Of a stretch of 39,061 nt of DNA, positions 17,270 through 26,055 are shown piece after piece. The DNA comes from Armatimonadota bacterium (GTDB lineage: Bacteria > Armatimonadota > Zipacnadia > Zipacnadales > UBA5352): assembly GCA_034722055.1 (NCBI GenBank), contig JAYENL010000113.1, positions 1 to 39,061 on the forward strand, in the 5' to 3' direction. Within the stretch, counting starts at the first letter, position 1. Every line of letters begins with the position of its first letter. Made by a program: the position numbers and the translations under genes. The notes under the pieces were generated by a model. It worked only from the letters and a program-made list of their open reading frames with translations. It was not told the DNA's origin and made no database searches.

Positions 17270-18466
17270 TCAGCGCAGCCGGAAGACGACCGTGGCAGTG
17301 ACGCGGATTGGTGTGCTAAGGCCCTTCGGGAACGGGCGGTACGGCGCCGCCCGGCGCACCGCCCGCAGGGCCTCGTTGTCGAGCGCCTGGTAGCCTGATG
17401 AGGACGCCAGCGAGATGCCGGTGGCGCTGCCGGACGGCGTGACGGAGAAGCTCACGCGCGCGGTGCCCGACCAGCCCTGCCGGCGGGCGGAGGCTGGGTA
17501 GCGGCGCGCGGAGTTGATGCGGCTCTGGACCATGGAGCGGAAGCGCGACAGATCCGCCTGTGAGGGCTTCGGGTGGCGCTGCGACTGCGGCTCCGGGTCG
17601 GGCTGTGACTCAGATGCGGGCGGTGGCTGGGGATCCGACTCGGGCTCAGGATCGGGTGCCGGGTCGGGCTGGCGCTGGCTTTCGGGCCGGGGCTCGGACC
17701 GGGGGGCTGGCGCGGATCGTGACGGTGGGCTGGCACCTGGGCCTCGGCCCGCACCGGCGCCTACCGCGCCGCGCGAGGCGATGTACCCGCGGCCGCTGCC
17801 GCCCTGGCCGCCGGAGCCGGGCCCCTCACCGCCGGGCGTTCCGCTCCCACCCACCCCGCTCGCGGAGCCGCCAGCGCCCAGGCCCGAGCCGGATCCCCCG
17901 ACGCCGGGGCCCGTCCCACCGGCCGGCTCGGGAGCGGTCACGGCAAAGCTCGACGGTCCGTGGGTCGCTCCAGTGAGAGGCTGGGCGCCGCCTCCGGCGA
18001 CGGGGCCGTCCGCCGGCGCGCCGGGCCGCCCCATCCTCGGCGCGGAGGCGGAGGTCCCGGGGCTTGTATGCGCCAGGCGGTCGCCGCCCGCCGGTGCGCG
18101 CTGGCTCGCAGGCGTCGCGGACTGCTTCGGCGTCGTCGGCTCGGTAGGTCGTGGGTCGCGGGGCCGCAGGCGCCGGGTCTGCCGGGATCGATGTCGGGCG
18201 GTGCGCTCCCGAGACTGAGGCGGCGCAGAGGCGGCGATCCTGGGCGCCTGGACCTTCGGCGCGGGCCTCTCCTGCTGCGACGGATCGTCGGCGGGCCGCG
18301 GCGGGGTCACCGTTCCGGCCACGACCACGCGCATGGTCCGCTCCGGAGATGCGCCCTGGCTGCGAGGCAGGAGGGCGGCGCCGGCGAAGACCGCCGCGTG
18401 AACGATCAGGGAGACCGCCAACCAGGCCGGCAACATGCGCTCGAAGGGGGCCCGCGGCGCAGTCAT
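17270..18466 (-). CDS. tonB: TonB-family energy transducer
   Basis: N-terminal TM with SLIVH, long Pro/Gly-rich linker, C-terminal YPASARRQGWSGTARVSF...SSGYQALDNEALRAV...VVFRL; ATGA overlap with exbD. Confidence 0.88.
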   Translation of the reverse strand: MTAPRAPFERMLPAWLAVSLIVHAAVFAGAALLPRSQGASPERTMRVVVAGTVTPPRPADDPSQQERPAPKVQAPRIAASAPPQSRERTARHRSRQTRRLRPRDPRPTEPTTPKQSATPASQRAPAGGDRLAHTSPGTSASAPRMGRPGAPADGPVAGGGAQPLTGATHGPSSFAVTAPEPAGGTGPGVGGSGSGLGAGGSASGVGGSGTPGGEGPGSGGQGGSGRGYIASRGAVGAGAGRGPGASPPSRSAPAPRSEPRPESQRQPDPAPDPEPESDPQPPPASESQPDPEPQSQRHPKPSQADLSRFRSMVQSRINSARRYPASARRQGWSGTARVSFSVTPSGSATGISLASSSGYQALDNEALRAVRRAAPYRPFPKGLSTPIRVTATVVFRLR

Positions 18467-18882
18467 GGCTGCGCCACCTCCTGCTCGGCGGCCAGCGCCA
18501 GGTAGCTCACGCCCGCGCCCCGCACGGCGTCGAGCACATCCACCACGTGCTCGTAGGGAACCGTGCGGTCGGCGCTGATGACCACGACCATCTCCGGGTC
18601 CTCCCGGGCAGCGTCCGCCAGGCGGGCGCTGAGCCCGTCCGGCGTCACAGGCCGGGCGTTGAGATAGACGTCCCCCTCGGCGGTGACGAAGACGATGACC
18701 TGGCTCTGCGTCTCGGGCAGGGCTGAGGCGGCGGCGGGCAGCTCGATGTTCAGGCCCTGGCCGGTGGCGATGAAGTTCGCGGTGATCATGAAGATGATCA
18801 GCAGCACCAGGCACACATCCGTGAACGGGATGATGTTGATGTCCGCGAAGAGCTCCTCCTCGCCGCGGCGGCGCCGGCGCAT
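18463..18882 (-). CDS. exbD: ExbD/TolR biopolymer transport protein
   Basis: DINIIPFTDVCLVLLIIFMI, LNIELP, VVISADRTVPYEHVVDVLD. Confidence 0.92.
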   Translation of the reverse strand: MRRRRRGEEELFADINIIPFTDVCLVLLIIFMITANFIATGQGLNIELPAAASALPETQSQVIVFVTAEGDVYLNARPVTPDGLSARLADAAREDPEMVVVISADRTVPYEHVVDVLDAVRGAGVSYLALAAEQEVAQP

Positions 18883-19424
18883 CAGCCCGCCTCCTCTCGG
18901 CTGAGATAGCCCAGGTCCAGGCGGTCGAGGTGCCGGCGCATCAGCGAGCTGAAGACGTTGTAGGCGAGGACCGCGAGGATCGCCACTGCCAGCCCGGCGG
19001 CGGTGCAGATGAGGGCCTCGGCGATGCCGGCGCCGACGACCTCGATGCCGGCGCCCTTCTGCCGGGCCACGGCCTCGAAGGAGTGCATGATCCCCACGAC
19101 AGTGCCGAAGAGGCCGATGAATGGCGACAGGGCGCCCAGGGTGGCAAGCACGGGCAGCCGGGCCCGCAGCAGGTCCCGGGCCCTCAGCACGTTCGCCTCA
19201 TGGAGGCGCTGGGCACGGTCGGGATCATTGGGCAGGGGAAGCCGCACGGTGTCCGCAAACCAGTCCTCGACCTCGCCGCCCGACGCTGCCGCGTTGAGCT
19301 GGCCGCCGAATCGCGCGAATGCGTACCAGCGCTCGGCCACCACCGCCACCAGCAGCACCGATGCTGCCAGCAGCACGATCATGGTGGGGCCGCCGGCCTC
19401 GACGAGATATGTCAGCGTCGCCAT
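18882..19424 (-). CDS. exbB: ExbB/TolQ/MotA proton channel protein
   Basis: GGPTMIVL...ERW, LATLGALSPFIGLFGTVVGIM, GIAEALICTAAGLAVAI; RBS GAGG; start ATG 19424 or GTG 19427. Confidence 0.9.
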   Translation of the reverse strand: MATLTYLVEAGGPTMIVLLAASVLLVAVVAERWYAFARFGGQLNAAASGGEVEDWFADTVRLPLPNDPDRAQRLHEANVLRARDLLRARLPVLATLGALSPFIGLFGTVVGIMHSFEAVARQKGAGIEVVGAGIAEALICTAAGLAVAILAVLAYNVFSSLMRRHLDRLDLGYLSREEAG

Positions 19425-19444
19425 CACGGGACTGCCGCCTCGTT

Positions 19445-19475
19445 AAACTGAAAACGGACCGCCCGAAGGCGGTCC
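19445..19475 (-). terminator. Intrinsic terminator in the riboswitch expression platform
   Basis: Minus strand GGACCGCC-TTCG-GGCGGTCC followed by GTTTTCAGTTT, between the aptamer and the exbB RBS. Confidence 0.75.
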
Positions 19476-19520
19476 TGCGCTCAGTGAGACGCCTCCCGCC
19501 CTCGGGGAGTGCTCCGTCAG

Positions 19521-19709
19521 GCGAGCGGGATCGTCTCCTGGCTTCCGGGTCATCCTCGGGCCGCGCCTTCCCGGCGATCTCTGCGATCGCCAGTGGCCTG
19601 TTGCGGCCGTCATCTCCGGTTACAGTTGCGGGGCAGCGCCGGATTCGCACCGGTCTTCCGGGAGAGACGTCGCGTCGCCAGGCGCGACGTCTCCCTCGTG
19701 CCCGCTCGC
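19521..19709 (-). ncRNA. Cobalamin riboswitch
   Basis: Minus strand GGAAGACCGGTGCGAATCCGGCGCTGCCCCGCAACTGTAA...GCCACTG...CGGGAAGG...AAGCCAGGAGAC (B12 box); flanking GCGAGCGGG/CCCGCTCGC can form P1; upstream of a TonB uptake operon. Confidence 0.93.
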
Positions 19710-19734
19710 ACGGGTTGTCAAGCCGTCGGCAAAG

Positions 19735-19763
19735 AGACTACCACGGACGCTGGGCGAAGTCAA
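19735..19763 (-). promoter_or_regulatory. Putative promoter of the riboswitch-exbBD-tonB-receptor operon
   Basis: Minus strand TTGACT-N17-TAGTCT with TGn extended -10; predicted start about 20 nt before aptamer P1. Confidence 0.6.
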
Positions 19764-19928
19764 GTTCGCCGTCCCGTCGGGTGCGAATTCGCAGTGTCGG
19801 CAGAATGTGCGGGCGAGGGCGCCCGCGCCCCAGTACTCATTAGGGTTGCGCCCCGGAGGCGCTGCGCGTCTCCCCGCCCAGCTACGGCCCCGCCCGCGCA
19901 CCAGCACTTACCTGGGGCGTTCATATGT

Positions 19929-20087
19929 CGTCAGGAGGGGCGGGCTTCCTTGCCCGCCCGGTCGTTGTCGTTTGCCGCTGACCGCACTGCAAACGGCGCA
20001 CGGACAGGAGTGTCCGTGCCACGGAACGGCGGGGTCTGCCATACCGTCAGGAGGGGCGGGCTTCCTTGCCCGCCCGGTCGTTGTCGT
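19929..20087. repeat. REP-like mosaic: two identical 43-nt direct repeats flanking an inverted hairpin unit
   Basis: 19929-19971 = 20045-20087 (CGTCAGGAG-GGGCGGGC-TTCCTT-GCCCGCCC-GGTCGTTGTCGT); central 19992-20025 is identical over 34 nt to 13397-13430. Confidence 0.85.
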
Positions 20088-20224
20088 CCAGGTTTGACCG
20101 GATGACGAACGACAGACGGACAGCAGGGTGTGCAGGCTCGCAGGCGAGCAGGATGGCGCAGTTCCCTGTGGGAAGGTGCACGCTGCGGAACGGCAACCGG
20201 CAGGCTAAAGACCCGCGCCCTCCA

Positions 20225-21325
20225 TCACCGGCTGGAATGCTCCCGTATGACCTGGGCGATGACGCGGCAGAGGTCGATGTCGCCGTCGGGCGGGACCTGG
20301 TCGGCGCTGCCGAGGATGAGACGGCCGTCGTGCGCGAGGGCATCGATCAGCCGGCGAGTGTGCGCGCGAAGGTCGTCGGCGGTCCACGGCGGCGCGAACA
20401 TGGCGCCGGGAATGCCGCCCCAGATGATGGTGCCACGATCCCCGCACAGGCCGCGCAGCTCGTCGATCTCGACGTCGCCGACCGGGGCGGGCGTGATGGA
20501 CTCCACCGCGTCGAAGCCCACCTGGGCCAGGCGAGGCAGCAGCCCGCGCACCATCCCGTCGAGGTGCGTGGCGACGAACTTGCCCGCGGCGTGGAGCTGG
20601 GCCAGCCGGCGGCGATAGTACTGTGCCATGTAGCGGTCAAAGTACGAGGTGTAGGTGGCGCTGTCGAGGTTGTCGCACACGTGGATCAGCTCCGAAGGCC
20701 CGGCGCAGATGGCTTCGTAGGCCAGGTCGGCGGACTCGCCGATGATCGCCAGGGTGTCCTCGACGGCGTGCGGCTCATCCGCGATGAGGTAGCACGTGGC
20801 CGTCACCCCGCACCAGTCGCTCATCAGGGCCGGAAGCGGGCTGCGGGGAGTCGGTGAGATGGGTAGGCCATCATCGCCGAGTGCCTCGGCCGTGCGCAGG
20901 AACCGCTCAGGCGCGGGAAGGTAGTCGGTGCGCCGGGCGATGTCCTGAACCACGCGCAGGTCGGTGGCGCTGTGCACGGCATAGCGCGTCCTGGCCCAGC
21001 AGTGGGCCCGGGTCAGGTAGTCCCAGCGCTCGGAGAGCTCGCCCTGAGGCGTTCGCCACCAGCGAATGCGCACGCCGCCCTCCTCGCTGGTGCCGGTCTC
21101 CACGCCGTCGTACCGGGCGGCGAAGGTCGCGCCGGGCTGGGTGTAGTAGAGGCAGACGCCGAGGTCACGGTGCAGCCGATCGTAGCCATCGCGGCCCTGA
21201 TGCGGCGGGTCGAGGTCTCCCATCTGCGAGTGGGCCGCGTGCCAGTAGCTGAGGTCGGCGACCCAGGCCGGGCATCCGGGCGTGATGCCGCGGAAGGGCG
21301 CGAGCAGGCGTTCTCGATGGGTCAT
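20225..21325 (-). CDS. Uroporphyrinogen decarboxylase / MtaA-CmuA-like TIM-barrel family protein
   Basis: MTHRERLLA start, RTPQGEL, Y.VHSATDL, THLDG...LLPRL, ESITPAPVGD, IWGGIP, ILGSADQVP; RBS GGAGG. Confidence 0.8.
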   Translation of the reverse strand: MTHRERLLAPFRGITPGCPAWVADLSYWHAAHSQMGDLDPPHQGRDGYDRLHRDLGVCLYYTQPGATFAARYDGVETGTSEEGGVRIRWWRTPQGELSERWDYLTRAHCWARTRYAVHSATDLRVVQDIARRTDYLPAPERFLRTAEALGDDGLPISPTPRSPLPALMSDWCGVTATCYLIADEPHAVEDTLAIIGESADLAYEAICAGPSELIHVCDNLDSATYTSYFDRYMAQYYRRRLAQLHAAGKFVATHLDGMVRGLLPRLAQVGFDAVESITPAPVGDVEIDELRGLCGDRGTIIWGGIPGAMFAPPWTADDLRAHTRRLIDALAHDGRLILGSADQVPPDGDIDLCRVIAQVIREHSSR

Positions 21326-21553
21326 GGCGGCCTCCTGGTGGCGCTCGGTGGAGCGCAGGTTCGCCGGATAGCGGCCGGCGGCCTGCGCGGCACTGCGCGC
21401 GGACCACCGTCAGCGCTGGCGGCGCCGCCCCGCCTCGACCCTCGTCCGGGGCGGGTCGCGCACCGCGCAGGTGGCGGCCCTCCTCGTCCGGAACTGTCGT
21501 GCTCGTCGTGGATGAGCCTCGGCACGACGAAGAGCTGCCTGGTGACGCCGCTG

Positions 21554-23530
21554 ATGAGCGCCACAGATGAGAGCCGGGAAGTGGAGCGGCCGCGAGGGAT
21601 CGTGGATCCGCGCCGGGTGGGAGTCACGGCGCGGGTTCTGCTGCTGACGGCCATCGTGGTGCCGCTGGATACCTACTTCATTGCGGACCTGCATCGGCGG
21701 GGGATCGAGGACCCCACCATCATCGCCCTGTTCTGGAACGTGCTCTTCCTCTTCGTGGCGCTCCGGCTGGTCAATGGGCTGATGACTCGGCTCAGCCCCC
21801 GGCGGGCGCTGGCGCAGCAGGAGCTGCTGGCGCTGTGGATCCTGGTGTCGGTGGCCACCTGCCCGGCGGGGCTCGACACGCTCAAGACGAGCTGGGGGAC
21901 GATGCAGGGCTACGCCTACTTTCAGAGCCCCCAGAACAACTGGGAGAAGCTGTTCGGCGACCACGTTCCGGAGAGCATGACGGTCAGCGACATGGGGGCG
22001 CTGGAGCGCCTGTGGCGAGGCGATCACTCCATCTATGAGGAGCGCAACTGGCGGCCGTGGCTGGGCCCGGTGCTGCGGTGGACGCTGCTGTTCACCTTCA
22101 TGTGGGGCGGCTCGGCGGGCCTGGCGGTGATCTTCCGCAAGCGGTGGGTGGAGCGGGAGCGGATGAGCTTCCCGATCGCCCAGGTGCCCTACGAGATCAG
22201 CAGGCCGCGGGTGCCCAGCGTCTTCATGACCGCGTTCTGGGTGGCCTTCGGGCTGGCCGCGCTGGTGAACCTGCTCAACGGGCTGCACGCCTTCTACCCG
22301 GGCGTGCCGGAGATTCCGGTGAAGATCGGTCAGGAGCCGACGCTGGACCTGCGGCGGTATCTCACCGGCCATCCGTGGCGGGCCATGGGGCGGGTGCACG
22401 CCTGCTTCTACCCGTGGGGCATTGGCCTGGGGCTGCTGATCCCGCAGGACCTGTCGCTGTCGATGTGGCTGTTCTTTCTGCTGTGGCGGGCGGAGGCCGT
22501 GCTGGTGGCCTGGCTGGGATGGACCGACGTGCGCGGCTTCCCATTCATGAAGGAGCAGTCCTTCGGGGGCTATCTGGCGATTCTGGGCTTCTCGATCTGG
22601 GCGGCGCGGCCCTACTTCGCGGGCGTGTGGCGGCGGATACTGGGCGGTGGCGACCCCTCCATGGACGCGGAGGAGCCGCTGCGCTACCAGACGGCCTTCA
22701 TCATCTTCGCGGCGGGCTTCGTGGCCTGCACCATGCTGGGCGTATCCATCGAGATGACCGTGGCGGTAGCGGTGGCGTTCTTCGTGCAGTATTACGTGAT
22801 GACCATGATCGTGGGTCGCATCCGGGCGGAGATGGGGCTGCCCACGCACGAGATCGAGCGCCTGGGGCCGACGGTGATGCAGGGCAACATCCTGGGGCCG
22901 CGCATCCTGGGCGTGCAGAACCTGACCTCGCTCTCGGTCTTCTTCGGCTTCACGCGAGGGCTCCGCAACATCCCCTATCCGCTGATGCTGGAGGGGCTGT
23001 ACCTGTCGGGGCGCACGGGCCTGAGCGGCCGGCGGCTGCTGATCGCGACCATGGCGGTCATCCCCGTGGCCACGTTCTTCGCCTACTTCTGGAACCTGCG
23101 GCTGGGCTATGAGCACGGGCTGGGAGCGGACTGGAACCGGTGGATGCCGTGGTCAAGCCAGGAGGCGTGGCGGCAGCTCGCCGGCTGGCTGAATCGGGAG
23201 GAGGGCTTCCACTGGGGCCGGACGGTGGCGGCTGTCCTCGGCTTCGGCTTCTACTTCGGGCTGCAGACGGTGCGGTCGCTGTGGCCGTGGTGGCCAATCC
23301 ACCCGGCCGGCTTCGCCATCTCGACCACCTACTACATGATGCACCTGTGGATGCCCATGCTGGTGGCGTGGGCGACGAAGAGCCTGGCCTCCCGCTACGG
23401 CGGCCGGGAGACGGTGGCTCACCTGCAGGCGGTGGCCTTCGGGCTGATCCTCGGAGACGTGATGACCGGCTCCGTGTGGGCGGTCTACTCCGCGATCACG
23501 CGCGTGGACACCTACGCCTTCTGGCCGTGA
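21554..23530 (+). CDS. Polytopic inner-membrane protein, DUF6785/DUF6784-like (putative transporter)
   Basis: Many hydrophobic segments; motifs WRPWLGP, IFRKRWVERERMSFPIAQVP, RIRAEMG, WWPIHPAGF, AW..K....RYGG, GLILGD. Start approximate. Confidence 0.75.
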   Translation: MSATDESREVERPRGIVDPRRVGVTARVLLLTAIVVPLDTYFIADLHRRGIEDPTIIALFWNVLFLFVALRLVNGLMTRLSPRRALAQQELLALWILVSVATCPAGLDTLKTSWGTMQGYAYFQSPQNNWEKLFGDHVPESMTVSDMGALERLWRGDHSIYEERNWRPWLGPVLRWTLLFTFMWGGSAGLAVIFRKRWVERERMSFPIAQVPYEISRPRVPSVFMTAFWVAFGLAALVNLLNGLHAFYPGVPEIPVKIGQEPTLDLRRYLTGHPWRAMGRVHACFYPWGIGLGLLIPQDLSLSMWLFFLLWRAEAVLVAWLGWTDVRGFPFMKEQSFGGYLAILGFSIWAARPYFAGVWRRILGGGDPSMDAEEPLRYQTAFIIFAAGFVACTMLGVSIEMTVAVAVAFFVQYYVMTMIVGRIRAEMGLPTHEIERLGPTVMQGNILGPRILGVQNLTSLSVFFGFTRGLRNIPYPLMLEGLYLSGRTGLSGRRLLIATMAVIPVATFFAYFWNLRLGYEHGLGADWNRWMPWSSQEAWRQLAGWLNREEGFHWGRTVAAVLGFGFYFGLQTVRSLWPWWPIHPAGFAISTTYYMMHLWMPMLVAWATKSLASRYGGRETVAHLQAVAFGLILGDVMTGSVWAVYSAITRVDTYAFWP

Positions 23531-23767
23531 TCGACGGTTGAGGCCGCGCGTCGAGACGTCCGCCTCCAGCTTGGCCTGTCTCGCCTCTGCGCCAGCTCTG
23601 ACGGCAGGCGGCAAGACCGGGCGAGGCATGAGTGAGCCGCACGAAGCGGCGAGGCGCCCCCTCCAGTCGTGTTCCTCTCCCCCCTATCGCGCGGGAACCT
23701 GGCATGACCGCCCAGAGTCAGTACGCGACAACAGCAACTCGGACTGAGGCGCCAGAGGGAGAGGACC

Positions 23768-24334
23768 ATGCGAACGGTGGCATGTGCGGCGGCGATAGTG
23801 CTGATGCTCCTCGTCTCGTGCGGGCGGGCACAGGCCCTGGTCTGGATCTACGCGCCCGACGCTCCGGTTGTGCGGCAGGCGCATTGGCCCGACGGCCTGG
23901 AGGACCTGCTGAACAGAGAGGGTCGGGTGTACGGCTACTCGGCCTTCGCCAGCGACTACTTCTTCTTCGCGGGGAAGACCCCGGCGTTCAACGACTTCCT
24001 GGCGCAATGCGCGCAGCTCAGGGACACGCCGCTAACGCTCATCATTCACGCCGGGCAGGGGGAGGCGGCCCTCCCATGGGAGGAGGGCGCGCAGGCGATC
24101 CCATTCGAATGGCAGGTGAGCGTGCTGGGTCGCAACTGGCACGAGGATGCAGGTGAAACCGAAGACCACGGCGCCGGGCGCTGGGTAGTTCAGATCGACC
24201 TGTGGCTGGGCAGTTGGGTCGAGCTGGAGAAGCTCGCGGTGCCGCTGAACGTGGAGGTGAAGTCCGGCGGCGAGATCGAGGCTTTCATCGAGGCCCATGA
24301 GACGAGGCGTCAGGCTGCGCGCGCAGGCGATTAA
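23768..24334 (+). CDS. Hypothetical secreted protein
   Basis: RBS GAGGA; signal-like MRTVACAAAIVLMLLVSCGRAQA; coding-like composition. Confidence 0.7.
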   Translation: MRTVACAAAIVLMLLVSCGRAQALVWIYAPDAPVVRQAHWPDGLEDLLNREGRVYGYSAFASDYFFFAGKTPAFNDFLAQCAQLRDTPLTLIIHAGQGEAALPWEEGAQAIPFEWQVSVLGRNWHEDAGETEDHGAGRWVVQIDLWLGSWVELEKLAVPLNVEVKSGGEIEAFIEAHETRRQAARAGD

Positions 24335-24382
24335 CGGGCTCGTGCACCATCCCCGCCCCCGCTGGGAATCGTGCTCCGCGCC

Positions 24383-24431
24383 TTGACATGCGCCTCGGCA
24401 GATTGTATATTGTATGCAGTCAATATACAAT
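24383..24431 (+). promoter_or_regulatory. Sigma70 promoter overlapped by a palindromic operator (GntR/YtrA autoregulation)
   Basis: TTGACA(24383-88)-N17-TATATT(24406-11); perfect 11-bp inverted repeat ATTGTATATTG-N8-CAATATACAAT (24402-24431). Confidence 0.8.
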
Positions 24432-24445
24432 AATGGGATGTGTGC

Positions 24446-24847
24446 ATGGTCATCGCAGTCGATCCAGAGGCGCCGACGCCGGTCTACAGGCAGATCGTGT
24501 CCCAGTTGCGCCGGGCCATTGCGGGCGGGGAGATAGCCCCCGGCGACTCCCTGCCCACAGTCCGACACCTGGCTGACGAGCTGGGCGTGAACTTCAACAC
24601 CGTCGCGAACGCCTACCGCGCCCTCGCCGAGGAGGGCCTGGTCGAGACCCACCAGGGCCGCGGCGCGCGGGTGATCGCCAGCAGCAAGCCCAAGCCCGAT
24701 GACGCGGCGGCTCGTGAGGCGCTGGGCTCGTTCCTGGCCGAGATGGTGCTGGCCGACAGGAGCGATGAACAGATCCTGACGATGGTGGAGGAAGCGCTGA
24801 GAGAGATACGCGAGGGCGGCGAGGCCGCAAGCGCCGACGAGCGGTAG
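24446..24847 (+). CDS. GntR-family transcriptional regulator, YtrA subfamily
   Basis: PVYRQIVSQLRRAIAGGEIAPGDSLPTVRHLADELGVNFNTVANAYRALAEEGLVET.QGRG; short two-helix C-terminus. Confidence 0.92.
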   Translation: MVIAVDPEAPTPVYRQIVSQLRRAIAGGEIAPGDSLPTVRHLADELGVNFNTVANAYRALAEEGLVETHQGRGARVIASSKPKPDDAAAREALGSFLAEMVLADRSDEQILTMVEEALREIREGGEAASADER

Positions 24848-24989
24848 CACTCATTCCGACCGTGACGAGTACGCGCTAAGCGGTATCTTCATTGTCTGAG
24901 AGGTCGCTTTGCCGCTGATGGCGCAGGTGGCACTCCTGGTGACGCAACGCCGCTCGCACGCACCGAGACAGTCGGAAGGAGAGACGGAC

Positions 24990-25994
24990 ATGCGCAGGTC
25001 GGTCGTGGCAGTGGTGTCTGTCGCAGTGCTGTGGATGCTGTGTTTCGCTGCCGCCGTCGCCGCACAGCAGGACGCGGATCGCGTGCTGCTGCGCTACAAG
25101 TGGATCGCCGGCGATGACACCCTCTGGCGGGTGACCAGCGAGGCCACCGGGATGGTGCTGACGCGCGACCACACCCAGGATCCACCTCAGGAGAGCGAGA
25201 TGGAGCTCTGGTCCTCAGCGACCATGCCAATGACGCTCGTGGTCGAGGAGGTGGACGCGGAGGGCAACGGCACGGTGGCCTTCAAGCTCGGCGTGATGGA
25301 GATTGACATGGAGGCGGGCGGGCAGCACCAGTACATCCGCATGGACCCGGAGACGCAGACGATGACAGTCAACGGCGAGGAGGCGCCAGTGCCGGAGACC
25401 ATGCTGGCGGGCCTTGGGGAGCCCTTCCGCCTTGTCATGTCACCGCTGGGCGAGATGCTCGACGTTATGATCCCGGAGGGCTTCCAGACGGCCACCGGTC
25501 TGCAGGGCGTGAACATCGCGCAATGGATGCAGCTCTCGCAGCGCTGGCAGCTAAGCTTCCCGGAGGAGCCGGTGGGGGAGGGCCACTGCTGGGGCGGCGC
25601 CATGACGATCCCGCTCGCTGGTGAGGGCGGGCCGGCCTCGGACGCCGTGGCGGTCTACCGCATGGCGGGCAGGGAGCTGGCACATGGGGCGGACTGCGTC
25701 CGGATCGAGGCCATGGGGGCGTTGGACTTCACGGAGCTGCCGGCCGGGATGGCCGGGCCCGCCGCCGGCAATCAGAATCTGCAGACTGAGATAGGCCCGG
25801 CACATATCAGTGTGCAGGGCGCATTCTGGTTCGACCCCGAGGCCGGACAGATCGTCGCCAGCGAGGCCACCATCACGATGGACATGACGCAGCATACCAC
25901 CGGCACCGTCGCGACCCAGGACGGTGAGGTGGAGGTGGACGTGGAGACGATCTTCCAGGGGCTGGTGGTCGAGACCAGCGTGGAGCCGGGGTAG
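24990..25994 (+). CDS. Hypothetical secreted beta-rich protein (DUF6263-like)
   Basis: RBS AAGGAG; signal peptide ending AAAVAA-Q; LLRYKW..GD, VEEVDAEGNGTV, FPEEPVGEGHCW, G.FWFDPEAGQI pattern. Confidence 0.65.
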   Translation: MRRSVVAVVSVAVLWMLCFAAAVAAQQDADRVLLRYKWIAGDDTLWRVTSEATGMVLTRDHTQDPPQESEMELWSSATMPMTLVVEEVDAEGNGTVAFKLGVMEIDMEAGGQHQYIRMDPETQTMTVNGEEAPVPETMLAGLGEPFRLVMSPLGEMLDVMIPEGFQTATGLQGVNIAQWMQLSQRWQLSFPEEPVGEGHCWGGAMTIPLAGEGGPASDAVAVYRMAGRELAHGADCVRIEAMGALDFTELPAGMAGPAAGNQNLQTEIGPAHISVQGAFWFDPEAGQIVASEATITMDMTQHTTGTVATQDGEVEVDVETIFQGLVVETSVEPG

Positions 25995-26015
25995 GCAGTC
26001 CTCGTGCAGCGAACC

Positions 26016-26051
26016 CGCGGGCGCGACCTTCAATCGCCGGTCGCGCCCGCG
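26016..26051. terminator. Hairpin between convergent genes
   Basis: CGCGGGCGCGACC-N10-GGTCGCGCCCGCG, 13-bp perfect stem. Confidence 0.55.
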
Positions 26052-26055
26052 TGTG

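Noticed and set aside
17560..17960. Low-complexity Gly/Ser and Pro-Glu/Asp repeats
   Set aside because: Coding linker of TonB, not an independent repeat element.
19716..19721. Perfect TTGACA on the minus strand next to the riboswitch
   Set aside because: No plausible -10 at 16-18 nt, and it would start transcription inside the aptamer; the promoter at 19735-19763 fits better.
19929..20087. Identical palindromic 43-nt repeats as a mini CRISPR array
   Set aside because: Only two copies, a 73-nt interval that itself contains a dispersed repeat, and no cas genes; fits a REP/BIME mosaic better. The same applies to 13321-13580.
20972..21553. Long N-terminal extensions in the ORF track (also 5677-7014, 6585-7820, 17270-18814, 33952-35340)
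   Set aside because: They overlap neighbouring real genes; downstream starts with RBS or stop-start coupling match the domain boundaries better.
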